From positions 311,362 to 375,361 of the forward strand of contig JAUIMI010000001.1 in the NCBI GenBank assembly GCA_030433255.1: a stretch of 64,000 nucleotides of DNA, in the 5' to 3' direction. Shown one piece after another: positions 26,978 to 39,454 of this stretch. This DNA comes from a bacterium (GTDB lineage: Bacteria; Patescibacteriota; Minisyncoccia; Phycocordibacterales; UBA1006). The translations under genes and the position numbers were made by a program. Numbering within the stretch: position 1 is the stretch's first letter; each line of letters starts with the position of its first letter. The notes beneath the pieces are model-generated. The model was given only the letters and a program-made list of their open reading frames with translations, was not told the origin of the DNA and searched no databases.

Positions 26978-27667
26978 TTATTTTCGTTCTGAAATACGTT
27001 TTGGAAGTGGTGGTAACTTAAATGATGCTTTTGGGTAAATTGCAGTAAGCTCATCGTGTACCTCTTTTGCGTGTGCTGGTGCGTAATAGCGTCCATAGAG
27101 TACGAGATAGTGGTTCATATTTCCCCATTCTGATTGAGGTACCAACTCCATTAAATCACGTTCAATTGAAACAGGTGTGTATGGTGCATCTACTAAATCA
27201 AATTTTCGTGCGATACGTATTGCATGGGTATCAATGGCAATACCTTCATGTATTCCATAGAGATTAGAAAGAACAACACAGGCAGTTTTATGACCTGCGC
27301 CAGGAATCATTTCTAATTCTCGTAATGTTCTTGGCAACTCTCCATCCCATTTTTCTAATACCATATTTGCAGCAGCAATGATATTTTTAGCCTTGTTTCT
27401 GTAAAAACCTGTAGAATAAATATCTTGTTCAAATTCTTTAATCTGCGCATCGGCATAGGATTGAATAGTTGGATATTTTTTAAATAATTTTCTTGTGACA
27501 ATATTTACTCGTTTGTCAGTGCATTGTGCAGATAAAATTACTGCAACAAGAAATTCAAAATCAGTTGTGTACTGTAAGTCGGAAACAGGATCAGGAAATT
27601 TTCTTCGAAAAATTTCAAGCATCTTATTCATTCGTTCTTTTCGTATTTTTTTCTTGTAAGGAGTCAT
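26978..27667 (-). CDS. nth: HhH-GPD superfamily DNA glycosylase, endonuclease III-like
   Basis: The HhH-GPD segment reads ELEMIPGAGHKTACVVL, with a catalytic Lys/Asp context. The C-terminal Cys4 Fe-S cluster motif is not evident. Confidence 0.7.
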   Translation of the reverse strand: MTPYKKKIRKERMNKMLEIFRRKFPDPVSDLQYTTDFEFLVAVILSAQCTDKRVNIVTRKLFKKYPTIQSYADAQIKEFEQDIYSTGFYRNKAKNIIAAANMVLEKWDGELPRTLRELEMIPGAGHKTACVVLSNLYGIHEGIAIDTHAIRIARKFDLVDAPYTPVSIERDLMELVPQSEWGNMNHYLVLYGRYYAPAHAKEVHDELTAIYPKASFKLPPLPKRISERK

Positions 27668-27735
27668 ACTACTAGTCTAGAATTGATTCAAAAAAGCGCA
27701 AGAAAAGAGTGCCTAAAAACACTCTTTTTGATTCA

Positions 27736-28263
27736 TTAATTTTGAATTGTAATTTCATCACCATCAAACAACAACGAATTTCCTATAGATTGAGTAAATA
27801 ATTCACTTCTTTCTTTTGAAATAATTTGAGAATTATATAAAAAATTTAAAAAATTTATTGCTTCATATTTATATTTAAACACATGACTCAGGGTAATATG
27901 CTCCCCTTCTTCTTCAAGAGTAAACGCATACTCTCGCGTTTTCTTTGAAAAAGCAAAGAAAATATTATTTTCATCCCTATCTTTATTAGATACGTTAATT
28001 TGTAAATCAGGTAATAAGCTGTAGATAGTAAAATATACGCTAAATATACCAGGTAATTTTGATATTAATTTAGGACTTGATAAAAAATATTGAACATGAA
28101 TCTGAACTTCTTCTAATGATATTAGATTATCATTATAAAATTCTGCAATTTGTTGAATAAACTTCTCAGCCAAGGTAAATGGTCCACAAGAAGCGCCCTC
28201 TCCAATTTTCATACATACCTGTAAATTGTCTTTAGAGTAAACAACAGTAAGTCTTTTGCTCAT
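27736..28263 (-). CDS. hypothetical protein
   Basis: The ORF has no recognisable domain. Confidence 0.35.
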   Translation of the reverse strand: MSKRLTVVYSKDNLQVCMKIGEGASCGPFTLAEKFIQQIAEFYNDNLISLEEVQIHVQYFLSSPKLISKLPGIFSVYFTIYSLLPDLQINVSNKDRDENNIFFAFSKKTREYAFTLEEEGEHITLSHVFKYKYEAINFLNFLYNSQIISKERSELFTQSIGNSLLFDGDEITIQN

Positions 28264-28356
28264 AATGTTTTTATTTTTTGTATTTATTTAATTAAAACAT
28301 AATTTTATTAAATAACAAAATTAAATAAAATAACTTCCATATTGGAAGTTATTTTA

Positions 28357-29034
28357 TTAAACTTTGTAATCATAGTTAGTTATTTTTCCATCTTCAAGAT
28401 AAATAATTCTATCACAGTATTTTGTATACTCTGGTTCGTGTGTCACCATTACAATAGTCTGACCTTTTTTATGTAATTCATGAAGTAATTCTATGACTTG
28501 TTTTGATGATGTTGAATCCAAGTTAGCAGTTGGTTCATCAGCAAATAAAATTTCTGGTTGTTGTACAATTGCACGAGCCACTGAAACTCGTTGTTGTTGG
28601 CCACCAGAAAGTTGGTTTGGCCTATTAGAATATTTCCCTTTCATGTCGATTGAATCAATTATGGTACGAGCTTTTTCTTTAGCTTTCTCATATGGTACAC
28701 CTTGCATAATTAATGGAATTGCAACATTTTCTTCTGCTGTTAATTCCGGAACAAGCGCGTAATCTTGAAAAATATATCCTAACTTACGTAAACGAAAATC
28801 TGTCCGTTCTGTTTCTGATAATTTTAAAATATCAATTTCATTAACGGCTATTGCACCAGTTGTTGGTTTATCTAATAAACTTATCTGATACAGTAACGTT
28901 GATTTCCCGGCTCCAGATTTACCCATAATAGCGATAAATTCTCCTGTATTAATTTCTAAATCAATACCCTTGAGTACTGGTGTTACTATTTCACCATTTA
29001 TATATGTTTTTGTGAGATTTTTTACAGTAATCAT
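28357..29034 (-). CDS. ABC transporter ATP-binding protein (MacB/LolD-like)
   Basis: Walker [10 protein letters not shown], the signature LSGGQQQRV and Walker B ILFADEPT are present. Confidence 0.85.
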   Translation of the reverse strand: MITVKNLTKTYINGEIVTPVLKGIDLEINTGEFIAIMGKSGAGKSTLLYQISLLDKPTTGAIAVNEIDILKLSETERTDFRLRKLGYIFQDYALVPELTAEENVAIPLIMQGVPYEKAKEKARTIIDSIDMKGKYSNRPNQLSGGQQQRVSVARAIVQQPEILFADEPTANLDSTSSKQVIELLHELHKKGQTIVMVTHEPEYTKYCDRIIYLEDGKITNYDYKV

Positions 29035-29039
29035 AATGT

Positions 29040-30371
29040 TTATCGTTGAAGAATACTATCTAAGGTATTTTGCCTAACAATTATTCGTGCGGGTAGGAAT
29101 CCAGCAATCATAGTAACAAGTATTAATATAAAGGCTCGAATAAGAGTTGGCCCAACCTTAGCAACAAGTATTCCATCCGAAAATGGAAAATCTATTGGAT
29201 TTTGAATGAAAAACGGAACTAAAAATCCATAAAGAATAATTAATCCAAAACCAATCCCTAGTAATGCATAAAAAATTGATTGCATTACATAAGCAAATTC
29301 AATGGCACCTTCTGAAATCCCGATACCCTTAAGAATTCCAATGAATTTACGACGGGTAAGTGCATTAATATAAATAACAATAAAAATAGTAATTGATGAA
29401 ACGACTATACCGATAGCACCAATCATATTACCCAGCAAACCAAATGTCTCCTGAACATCAGAAAGAAATTTAGGAATAGCTTCAGTTGCTGTTTGGACTT
29501 TTGCATAAGTATCAAAACCATAAAAAAGTGCTAATTCCTTAAATTGTTCATCGGTAATAGTATCTGTGTGTTTAATTGCTATCTGTTGAGCTTGAAGACT
29601 TGTTTTTCGTGCTATACGTCTATAATCTTGCTCATTCATAAAAATTGCAGTTGATAATTCTCCAACCTTTGAATCAAGAATCCCCTTAACAATAAATTCA
29701 GAGGTTTGACCTGGTCTACTATCACCTTCTAAGAAGGCTTGATCTCGCTCAAGACCTTGAAGAGCATTACCTTGCAATGTTATACGAACAGGTTCCCCAA
29801 CTTCTACATTTTTCAATGGCTCAAATAAATCAGAGAATGCAGAATATTTTTCGAGAAGTGTCGCTCCGACGAGAACGTATCCTGATTCATTACTTTTTAA
29901 CATCTCACCCTCAACAATAAAATTTGAAATATTTGTAGTCTCTTCTTCTTGTTCTGGATGAATAGCATATGCAGAAATACTTAAATTCTCTGCATCTTTA
30001 GTAAAATCATCTCTTTTTATGTAACCAGCTTCAACGGTTGAACCTATTTGATAACGAACGGAGTAACTTTGAACCTCTGGTAGTGTATCTAGAACACGAA
30101 TAATATCCTGCGTATTGATAATACTTTCCTTATCACTTAGCGTTGTTAAATAGAGGTCACCAGTTAAGTGCTCTCTATTTTGTTCAAAGCTACCTTCTGT
30201 TAAACCAATCAGAATCCCAGGAATAACAACAAGAGAAAGAAATGTTAGGGTCATTATAGATATAATAAGAAGGTTAATCCAAATACTTCCATGTTTAATC
30301 TGACGTATCCCTAAAAAAGAACCTACTTTTGAAAAACGAAGATATTTTTTAATCAATGAAAGTGCTGCCAT
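29040..30371 (-). CDS. ABC transporter permease, FtsX/MacB-like
   Basis: An N-terminal TM helix is followed by a large periplasmic domain and three C-terminal TM helices, typical of MacB_PCD + FtsX. It is operonic with the ATPase. Confidence 0.8.
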   Translation of the reverse strand: MAALSLIKKYLRFSKVGSFLGIRQIKHGSIWINLLIISIMTLTFLSLVVIPGILIGLTEGSFEQNREHLTGDLYLTTLSDKESIINTQDIIRVLDTLPEVQSYSVRYQIGSTVEAGYIKRDDFTKDAENLSISAYAIHPEQEEETTNISNFIVEGEMLKSNESGYVLVGATLLEKYSAFSDLFEPLKNVEVGEPVRITLQGNALQGLERDQAFLEGDSRPGQTSEFIVKGILDSKVGELSTAIFMNEQDYRRIARKTSLQAQQIAIKHTDTITDEQFKELALFYGFDTYAKVQTATEAIPKFLSDVQETFGLLGNMIGAIGIVVSSITIFIVIYINALTRRKFIGILKGIGISEGAIEFAYVMQSIFYALLGIGFGLIILYGFLVPFFIQNPIDFPFSDGILVAKVGPTLIRAFILILVTMIAGFLPARIIVRQNTLDSILQR

Positions 30372-30372
30372 A

Positions 30373-31824
30373 TTAATTATTCTCTAATACAACAATATCA
30401 CCGGTTGTTAAACCATCTACAATTTCGACAAGCCCTTCATTCCCTTGTAATCCAATAGTTACCTTTCGTTTCTCAAATTTATATGGCGTATCGCTTGTCT
30501 TAATAAGAACTGAAGAACTATCTGATTCATTTGTAATATAGTGTACTGGAATAGCAAGAACATCATTTCGTTCTTCAGATATAATTTCTGCTTTAGCGTT
30601 CATTCCTACTCGTATTCGTGGGTCGTCCCCAGAAATTGTTATCTCAGTTTCATATACAGGGATACCATCGACTTCAGTATCTATAAAATCAATAAAAGAA
30701 ACTTCACCATCAAATATGATATCTTCATATGCATCAAGTGTTATTGAAACAGTATCACCAACTTGAATTTTATTAATATAAATTTCTGGAGTTTTTAGGT
30801 TTAATTCTTTGGTCTCGTCTTTAAACATAACAATCTGTGGTGTAAATGCACTAACAATTTCTCCTTGGATAAGTTCATTTTTTGCAATAATTCCATCAAA
30901 AGGAGCACGAATCTTCCCGTCTCCAAGTTGTGCAGCAACAGCATTTACTTGCGCACGAGCCTGAGCTTGCCGTGCCTCATCGCGTGTTACGAGGGTTTGA
31001 TTATCGGTTCCTGTTATTCGATCTACATTATTTTTTGCATCATTAATAAGACGTTCCCTAGTTGCAACAGCTGATTGATAGGCATTTTTACGTGTTGTGT
31101 ATGTTGTTGAACGTGTATTAGGTACTGGTACAATCCATTCTGTATTCGAGTATGAGGTATCAGGATCAATTTGAATATATAACCCTAGTTCACCTAATTT
31201 ACCTGCTTGAAACTCTTCAGCTGTATATGTTCCCGATTCTAAGCCAGACAGTTTAAATGAATATCCAGATGGTGCAGATGATTTATACATTTCAATAATA
31301 TATTCACCTTCTACTTCACCAAGGTATGAACCACTGATAGTTGGTGCGATTTTATTTGTTGGATTTTCATCTAAATCGTAGGCTTGCAAATCACCTGAAA
31401 GATATTGAGTGTATAGACCACTGACAATAGTGTTTTGTTCTTGGGTCAAAGTCTCAAGGCTTGTTTGTGCTGAAATTATATCAGAAGAAGTATCAACACG
31501 CGTAAGTGAATAATTAGCTTGAGCTTGTGAAAGATCTGCGGTTAATCTATTTTGTTCAATTTCAGCAATAATTTGACCTTCTTTTACATAATCGCCAACA
31601 TTATAATTAACATTTTTAACTCGGCCGGATGAAGCAAACCCGAGATCAACACGTTTTGTAGCATCAATAGTTCCAGCTAAAAGCAAGGTATCAGATACCG
31701 TAGTTTTTTTAACATAGTATTCTGTATAGTTATTATTATTTTTTTTTGCAAAAACAATTAATCCAAGAACAACGAGTAAAATAATTACCAAGATAATATA
31801 TCGTTTTTTTATTTTTTTTATCAT
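30373..31824 (-). CDS. HlyD/MacA-like periplasmic adaptor (efflux membrane fusion protein)
   Basis: An N-terminal TM helix is present. Coiled-coil segments (LTADLSQAQANYSL) and a C-terminal beta-barrel follow. It is the first gene of the three-gene efflux operon. Confidence 0.75.
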   Translation of the reverse strand: MIKKIKKRYIILVIILLVVLGLIVFAKKNNNNYTEYYVKKTTVSDTLLLAGTIDATKRVDLGFASSGRVKNVNYNVGDYVKEGQIIAEIEQNRLTADLSQAQANYSLTRVDTSSDIISAQTSLETLTQEQNTIVSGLYTQYLSGDLQAYDLDENPTNKIAPTISGSYLGEVEGEYIIEMYKSSAPSGYSFKLSGLESGTYTAEEFQAGKLGELGLYIQIDPDTSYSNTEWIVPVPNTRSTTYTTRKNAYQSAVATRERLINDAKNNVDRITGTDNQTLVTRDEARQAQARAQVNAVAAQLGDGKIRAPFDGIIAKNELIQGEIVSAFTPQIVMFKDETKELNLKTPEIYINKIQVGDTVSITLDAYEDIIFDGEVSFIDFIDTEVDGIPVYETEITISGDDPRIRVGMNAKAEIISEERNDVLAIPVHYITNESDSSSVLIKTSDTPYKFEKRKVTIGLQGNEGLVEIVDGLTTGDIVVLENN

Positions 31825-31829
31825 ATTTT

Positions 31830-32123
31830 TTAATTTAAATAGGTATTAAGACCAAGCCACGCAACTACAGTATTTAACCACTCTGCGTCTGATGTTTTTA
31901 TTAAATAACTAAACAATGCAATAAATACAGCGAAAATGATAGTTGCCCCAATAGTTCTTCCTAGTCCTGAGATAATACCATTCCAAAAAATTCGTATTTG
32001 TGAATTTTGTTTGTGAACCTCTTTGTTTAACTCCTCTACTTCATGACTTAACTCTTCAGCAAGTTCAACAGTATGTTCCATATTGAGTTTTTTAGAAATT
32101 TCTACATCCTTATCCATGTACAC
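31830..32123 (-). CDS. small membrane protein
   Basis: A coiled-coil N-terminus and a C-terminal TM helix are present. Confidence 0.35.
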   Translation of the reverse strand: MYMDKDVEISKKLNMEHTVELAEELSHEVEELNKEVHKQNSQIRIFWNGIISGLGRTIGATIIFAVFIALFSYLIKTSDAEWLNTVVAWLGLNTYLN

Positions 32124-32404
32124 TATTATATCAAAATTATTATTTTGTGGATAAATTATTAGACAATAGAGATTATTTAATTAATATAATACATAGATTA
32201 CTTCATAAAACGATGTCAGGTATGAAGTATCCTTCAATTTAATATTTTGTTAAGGCACCTTTTTCTGTAAGATTAAGTATTATTCAAATTATTTTTTAAG
32301 TGTTAGTAAGTTTAATTCGAAAACTTAGTTGGATACCAAAAAAGACCTTAACCTTATAAACCTCTTACTCTTTGTTCTAAAGAATAAGAGGTTTTTTCTT
32401 TATT

Positions 32405-32437
32405 ATAAAAAAACACCATAAGGTGTTTTTTTAATTG
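32405..32437. terminator. terminator overlapping the stop of 32431..33105
   Basis: The hairpin AAACACC-ataa-GGTGTTT is flanked by A/T runs. A second hairpin with a 12-14-bp stem lies at about 32359..32392. Confidence 0.5.
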
Positions 32438-33105
32438 AGAAGGTATCGTAATGTTGAAACAACTCGGATTTTTTTATACTCTGGTGAACCTGGGTCTTTG
32501 TCGGTAATACTAAACACGCCTTGGTTTGCTCGAGCAATATCACCAACACGAACCCCTGAATCATTTGCAAATTGCTCTGCTGAATCTCGAGCATTTGCAA
32601 TTGCCTCTGCTAACATTTCTGGTTTTATTGAATTTAAATCAGAGAATTCAAAATTGATATATGAACCGCTCATAACAATCCCTTTTTGAACTAGACTGAG
32701 GGTGTTTTGAGATGTTGTTCGTACTAAATCAACCTTATCGGTGTAAATAGACATAGAAACCCGAGCATTATATCGATACTGTGCTCCTTGGTAGGTGTCC
32801 TGGTAGGTATCAACTGGTGCTACAGAAATTTCTGAATCTTCAAATCCTGCCTCTTTCAGAAATTGCTCTACGTTATTAATATTTTTTTCAATTTGATTAA
32901 ATAAATCACTACTATCATTTGATTTAACTTCAAAATTAATTGGCCAAATAGCACGATCTGCCTTAACAATTCGTTCCGAGAGACCTTTTACCTCTACATA
33001 TTTTCCTTGATTTGAGAAACGTTTTGCCGAAATTGAGAATATCAAACTGGCAATGATAATTGCCCCTGCAATTATTCCTATAATTATTTTAGTATTTTTG
33101 TTCAT
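32431..33105 (-). CDS. SIMPL/DUF541-domain periplasmic protein
   Basis: An N-terminal TM/signal segment is present. The central beta-rich region (ISVAPVDTYQD ... ARVSMSIYTDKVDL) resembles SIMPL-family proteins. Confidence 0.5.
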   Translation of the reverse strand: MNKNTKIIIGIIAGAIIIASLIFSISAKRFSNQGKYVEVKGLSERIVKADRAIWPINFEVKSNDSSDLFNQIEKNINNVEQFLKEAGFEDSEISVAPVDTYQDTYQGAQYRYNARVSMSIYTDKVDLVRTTSQNTLSLVQKGIVMSGSYINFEFSDLNSIKPEMLAEAIANARDSAEQFANDSGVRVGDIARANQGVFSITDKDPGSPEYKKIRVVSTLRYLLN

Positions 33106-33157
33106 ATATCGTGATTATATCACTAGAAAAAACAAAAACCAGAAATAAATCTGATTT

Positions 33158-33583
33158 TTATCTTCGTTGATTTTTTTCGGTAAGCTTTACTCGATTTAAC
33201 TCCTTAGCAATATCGCGCTCTAGTTTATTATAATCAACGTTATCAACATCTGATGAATTGTTTTTAATATCCTCTGCACGTTTTAGAGCTTCTTTTGCAC
33301 GCTCGATATCAATTTCACTTGCGTTCTCACTTCTGTCAGAGAGAATAACAACCTTGTTATCGTGACGTACCTCTAGAATTCCTCCATCAATTGCATAGTA
33401 TACTTCATGACCATCATTTTTTACCATTACTTGACCTATTTCTAGTGTCGTAATTAATGGAATATGGTCAGGAAGAATAGTTAATTCACCAACTGATGTA
33501 GTGACCGTTAATTGATCAATATCGTTAGTGTAAACCGTTCTCAGTGGAGTTGTAATCGTAAGGTGTAGTTTTTTATCTGACAT
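33158..33583 (-). CDS. atpC: ATP synthase F1 epsilon subunit
   Basis: LHLTITTPLRTVYTNDIDQLTVTTSVGELTILPDHIPLITTL is the epsilon beta-sandwich. It sits directly downstream of atpD. Confidence 0.8.
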   Translation of the reverse strand: MSDKKLHLTITTPLRTVYTNDIDQLTVTTSVGELTILPDHIPLITTLEIGQVMVKNDGHEVYYAIDGGILEVRHDNKVVILSDRSENASEIDIERAKEALKRAEDIKNNSSDVDNVDYNKLERDIAKELNRVKLTEKNQRR

Positions 33584-33595
33584 ACTCCTCGTTGA

Positions 33596-35008
<1,413 letters not shown>

Positions 35009-35023
35009 TTAATGTTTCCGAGA

Positions 35024-35905
35024 TTATGACACTGCCGCAGATCCTCCAACAATTTCTGAGATTTCTTGGGTAATTGCAGCTTGTCGTGCTCGGTTATAGT
35101 TCAGTTTGAGTTCATCTAGCATTTCAACAGCATTATCTGAGGCATTTCTCATTGCCATAACACGAGAGCTATGCTCTGAGGCTAGTGACTCAAGTAGTAA
35201 TTGATAGATAACAGTCATAAGAACTGCAGGTACTGCCTTATTGAGTACTTCTTGTTCATTTGGTTCAAAACTATATAAAGCAAACTTTCGTTTTGCGTTT
35301 GTAGTATTTTCAATATGAGCTAATTTTTCTGCAGTATCAACATTAAGTGGAATAAATGGTGTTATCTGGGCTTCAAAAGCAAGCGATGATACAAATTTTG
35401 TATACGCAATAACAACCTCTCGATAATTATCATTATCATATTGTTGTGTTATGGAGTGAAGGAATGAACGTACTTCACTAGCAGTGTAATAATCAGAAAA
35501 TTCAGTAAAGCTTGCAACAATATTGATATTATTTCGTTTCGCTATTTTTTCTGATTGTTTACCTACCACAATTGCATCAATTGTTACTTCGCTATTTGTA
35601 TCGATAAAACGAGTAACTTGTTTTGATACGTTCATATTGTATCCACCACAGAGTCCTTTGTTTGAAGCAATAATTACCATTAATACCTTATTTCCATCTC
35701 GGGATTCGAGGTATGGATGTGATAACTTTTTATGAACATGTAAATTTTCAAGTAGTTCGAATGAACGTTCAGCAAACACATCAGATGCTAATCGTTTTTG
35801 AACTGATTTTTTCATTTTTGATACTGAAATCATTTCCATTGCTTTGGTAATTTTTCCAATGTTTTGAACTGATTTCATTTTTTGTTTAATCGTTTTTGTT
35901 TGCAT
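35024..35905 (-). CDS. atpG: ATP synthase F1 gamma subunit
   Basis: The N-terminal KTIKQKMKSVQNIGKITKAMEMISVSKMKK and the C-terminal EISEIVGGSAA are canonical gamma sequence. Confidence 0.9.
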   Translation of the reverse strand: MQTKTIKQKMKSVQNIGKITKAMEMISVSKMKKSVQKRLASDVFAERSFELLENLHVHKKLSHPYLESRDGNKVLMVIIASNKGLCGGYNMNVSKQVTRFIDTNSEVTIDAIVVGKQSEKIAKRNNINIVASFTEFSDYYTASEVRSFLHSITQQYDNDNYREVVIAYTKFVSSLAFEAQITPFIPLNVDTAEKLAHIENTTNAKRKFALYSFEPNEQEVLNKAVPAVLMTVIYQLLLESLASEHSSRVMAMRNASDNAVEMLDELKLNYNRARQAAITQEISEIVGGSAAVS

Positions 35906-35930
35906 AGCCTTGTATTATGGCGTAAGCCGA

Positions 35931-37427
35931 TTAAGCATTAAATGTATCGTTAAATTCCTTGATTGCTTGCTGTAATTCTGATTGAACGTCATCCGTCCAA
36001 CCTGAAGCAATTCCATCAAGTAGTGATGATTTTGATGCGTCTAAAAATGAATAAAATCCTTCTTCCCACTTTTGAACTTCTTCTTTTTTAACAGAATCCA
36101 ATAACCCATTATTAAGTGCATAAATTGATGCTACTTGCTTTGACATAATGATTGGACTGTATTGTTTTTGCTTCAGTAGTTCTACAGATTTTGCTCCATG
36201 ATCAAGAGTTTTCTTGGTTTGTGGATCAAGATCAGAACCAAATTGAGCAAATGACTCTAATTCTCGATATTGAGCAAGTCCTAGCTTCATTGGACCAGCT
36301 GTTTTTTTCATTGCTTTAGCTTGGGCAGAACCTCCAACACGAGATACTGATAATCCTACATTAATCGCAGGTCGAATACCTTTGTTAAATAGTCCAGCTT
36401 CCAAGAAAATTTGACCGTCAGTAATAGAAATCACATTGGTTGGAATATAAGCTGAAACATCTCCTCCTTGTGTCTCAATAACTGGTAATGCAGTAATTGA
36501 ACCACCTCCATTTTCGTTATTTAAACGACATGCTCGTTCTAGTAAACGTGAGTGAAGATAGAAAACATCTCCCGGGTATGCTTCACGCCCTGGTGGACGT
36601 CGTAATAATAGTGAAATTTCACGATATGCTGCAGCGTGTTTGGTTAAATCATCATAAATAACCAATACATCTTCTCCTTTGTCTAAAAAGTATTCTGCAA
36701 TAGCAACTCCTGCGTATGGTGCAATATACTGTAACGATGACGGATCAGAAGCTCCAGCTAACACTACCGTGGTGTAGTCCATTGCTCCAGCCTCTTCAAG
36801 CTTTTGAACAACACGCATTACTTTTGATTTCTTTTGACCAATAGCAACATATACACATTTCATATTTTGCCCTTTTTGATTGATAATTGTATCAATTGCA
36901 AGTGCAGTTTTACCAGTTTGACGATCTCCAATGATTAATTCACGTTGACCTCTCCCAACTGGAACCAATGCGTCAATTACCTTGATACCTGTTTGCATAG
37001 GAACTGAAACTGGTTCACGTGTCATAACTCCTGGCGCAACACGTTCAATCAATTGCTCCGTATCAGTAGCAATGTCACCTTTTCCATCGATAGCTTTTGC
37101 TAGTGGGTTAACCACACGACCAATAATTGCATCTCCTACTGGAATTGAAAGGATTTTTCCTGTTCGTTTTGCTGTATCACCTTCTTTCACTGAAAGATAA
37201 TCACCAAGAACAATAATACCAACCGTATCTTCTTCCAGGTTCAGAGCAACACCTATTGTTCCATTCTGAAACTCAATCATTTCCGAAGCCTTACATTGTG
37301 AAAGCCCTGATACACGCGCAATACCATCTCCGATAGCTTGTACGATACCGTATTCCGTAACATCAACATCAGGTTGAAAATTTGAGATTTCTTTTTCTAG
37401 TTTTTTTACAAGTGTTTCTGTATTCAT
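35931..37427 (-). CDS. atpA: ATP synthase F1 alpha subunit
   Basis: Walker A is GDRQTGKTA. Conserved alpha-subunit blocks are present. The length is 498 aa. Confidence 0.95.
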   Translation of the reverse strand: MNTETLVKKLEKEISNFQPDVDVTEYGIVQAIGDGIARVSGLSQCKASEMIEFQNGTIGVALNLEEDTVGIIVLGDYLSVKEGDTAKRTGKILSIPVGDAIIGRVVNPLAKAIDGKGDIATDTEQLIERVAPGVMTREPVSVPMQTGIKVIDALVPVGRGQRELIIGDRQTGKTALAIDTIINQKGQNMKCVYVAIGQKKSKVMRVVQKLEEAGAMDYTTVVLAGASDPSSLQYIAPYAGVAIAEYFLDKGEDVLVIYDDLTKHAAAYREISLLLRRPPGREAYPGDVFYLHSRLLERACRLNNENGGGSITALPVIETQGGDVSAYIPTNVISITDGQIFLEAGLFNKGIRPAINVGLSVSRVGGSAQAKAMKKTAGPMKLGLAQYRELESFAQFGSDLDPQTKKTLDHGAKSVELLKQKQYSPIIMSKQVASIYALNNGLLDSVKKEEVQKWEEGFYSFLDASKSSLLDGIASGWTDDVQSELQQAIKEFNDTFNA

Positions 37428-37433
37428 AATAAA

Positions 37434-37811
37434 TTATTTTGTTAACACATTTTTAAATTGAGTTAATTGATTGTCTAAACTACCATCATAAAGAAATCCT
37501 TTATAAGTTGCAGAAAAACCTCCAATAACTGATTCATCAATGTGTTGCTCTATGTGTGCAGATTCTGCACCTGTTAGAGTTTGAATATGCTGTATATCAG
37601 CTTCTGATAGTTCAAATTTACTACGAATTCGTAATACGTTTGATTCAGCTGATTGTTTAGTTATTCGCTCTACATGAGCAATAACTTGTGGTAAGAGACC
37701 TCGTAAATTGTTTTTTTCAAGGTACTCTATAAATTTTTTGATGCGCTCATCTGCATCTGGCTTGGTAGCAAGCTCAAGCACAGTACGTGCAAGGGTTCGT
37801 GAATCTACCAT
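37434..37811 (-). CDS. atpH: ATP synthase F1 delta (OSCP) subunit
   Basis: Position (between atpF and atpA) and size support the call. It is a short 125-aa form. Confidence 0.7.
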   Translation of the reverse strand: MVDSRTLARTVLELATKPDADERIKKFIEYLEKNNLRGLLPQVIAHVERITKQSAESNVLRIRSKFELSEADIQHIQTLTGAESAHIEQHIDESVIGGFSATYKGFLYDGSLDNQLTQFKNVLTK

Positions 37812-37814
37812 AGA

Positions 37815-38318
37815 TTATTTTTGATTAAGTAAATCAAGTGCTCGTTTTGATAATTCAGCGTTCTTTGATTCAGTAACATCTTCACCAAGAATCTTTTGAA
37901 CACCAAGAGCAACTAAACCAGCTGTTTTCTCAAACAACTCTTTTTCCATAGCTGTTTTATTTTTATCAATTTGTGCTTGAGCCTTATCTAAAATAGCTTG
38001 TGCTTCATTGGTAGCTGTATCTTGTGCATGGGCTACCTGATCATCAGCTGTTTCTTTGGCTTTCGCTACAATTTGATTTGCTTCGTTTCGTGCTGATTTA
38101 ATTAATTCTTCTGCTTTTTGTTTTGCAACAAGAAGCTCTGTTTCTGATTGTTGTGCTTGATCGATTCCAGCTTGGATTTTTTCTGTTCGAGCTGCAATAG
38201 TTTTACGTACTGGCCCAAATACCCACTTTTTGAGAATCCAAAAAATAATCAGAAAATTAATAAAATTTACAAGCGCAATTTGCCAATCAAAACCAATATT
38301 ATTTAATACTTCCATCAT
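37815..38318 (-). CDS. atpF: ATP synthase Fo subunit b
   Basis: An N-terminal TM helix is followed by a long Ala/Glu/Lys-rich helix. Confidence 0.8.
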   Translation of the reverse strand: MMEVLNNIGFDWQIALVNFINFLIIFWILKKWVFGPVRKTIAARTEKIQAGIDQAQQSETELLVAKQKAEELIKSARNEANQIVAKAKETADDQVAHAQDTATNEAQAILDKAQAQIDKNKTAMEKELFEKTAGLVALGVQKILGEDVTESKNAELSKRALDLLNQK

Positions 38319-38350
38319 AGTGGTTTAGTTTGTTATGCGTGTAATTATCC

Positions 38351-38566
38351 CTAGATAAGGAAGAATGCTACTAATGCGTAAATAGCTGCTGACTCAACAA
38401 GAGCTACTCCAACAATCATTTTAGTAAAGATATCTCCAGCTGCTTCTGGGTTTCGACCCATTGCTTCTAATGCTTTTCCTACTAAGTACCCTTCCCCAAT
38501 CGCTGAACCAAACATTGATAATGTTGCCATTCCTTTTGCGATGTATTTTGCTGCTTCTGCTTCCAT
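38351..38566 (-). CDS. atpE: ATP synthase Fo subunit c
   Basis: It is a 71-aa hairpin with the conserved carboxylate in VALVESAAIYALV. Confidence 0.85.
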   Translation of the reverse strand: MEAEAAKYIAKGMATLSMFGSAIGEGYLVGKALEAMGRNPEAAGDIFTKMIVGVALVESAAIYALVAFFLI

Positions 38567-38647
38567 AATATGTTTTAAAAAATAAATTAAATAAATTAAA
38601 TAAATGTTATTTGTTATTCAAATTAATATACGATTTTGAATAACAAA

Positions 38648-39448
38648 TTAATTGTTTTTTTTGCTTAACTCTTCTATTGGTTTTAAAGAAAGAGTGTAGT
38701 ATACCGCTACCAGCGATGCAAACACCATTCCTTGAAGAATTCCTGTAAAGCCACTCATAATTGTCCATACTGCAGGTAATACATATGCAAATGAACCAAT
38801 GATGATAATAGCGAGTACCTGACCTGCATAGACATTACCAAATAAACGAAATGATAATGAAACAATCTTTGCTAATTCTCCAATGATATCCAAAAGTCCA
38901 ACAAAAAATTTAATAAAACCAACAAACCCTTCCATTAATCCTTGCTTAAACCCTTTAATAATTTCTTTAAAATTAAAGAAATTACCTAGGTACCCAAGGA
39001 AACCATACTCTTGCAAAGAAATATAGTTCAATGCAATAACTGATGCCAATGAAACACCAAGAGCTGTATTAAAATCAGATGTTGGTGTTCTAAAGATAGC
39101 AATACCATTATATGTAATATCAGTAAGACCAGGTATAATAGCAATTACATTTGCAACTGCAAAATATACAAGTATGGTCGCTATAACAGGAAAAATCCTT
39201 TCTGCGTGATAGCGGTTACCGGTAATTTGTTCAACAAGACCAACGATTGATTCATATATCATTTCAATAATTGATTGAAATGATCCAGGAATAAGGGTAA
39301 ATTTACGTACAACAAATATTCCAAGTGCTAAAAATAATAAAGCAATAAAAATAATCATTAAGGTTGAATTTGCAATTCCGAAATTACCAATAGAAAATAC
39401 AATGTCAGGTTGGATTGGAGTTAATGCTCTTTCAAATCCTAAACTCAT
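38648..39448 (-). CDS. atpB: ATP synthase Fo subunit a
   Basis: There are five or six TM helices. The conserved Arg context reads LSFRLFGNVYAGQ. Confidence 0.85.
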   Translation of the reverse strand: MSLGFERALTPIQPDIVFSIGNFGIANSTLMIIFIALLFLALGIFVVRKFTLIPGSFQSIIEMIYESIVGLVEQITGNRYHAERIFPVIATILVYFAVANVIAIIPGLTDITYNGIAIFRTPTSDFNTALGVSLASVIALNYISLQEYGFLGYLGNFFNFKEIIKGFKQGLMEGFVGFIKFFVGLLDIIGELAKIVSLSFRLFGNVYAGQVLAIIIIGSFAYVLPAVWTIMSGFTGILQGMVFASLVAVYYTLSLKPIEELSKKNN

Positions 39449-39454
39449 AAATAA

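Noticed and set aside
26978-27667. Calling the glycosylase a canonical Fe-S endonuclease III
   Set aside because: The C-terminal Cys-x6-Cys-x2-Cys-x5-Cys cluster ligands are not present. It is kept as an HhH-GPD EndoIII-like call only.
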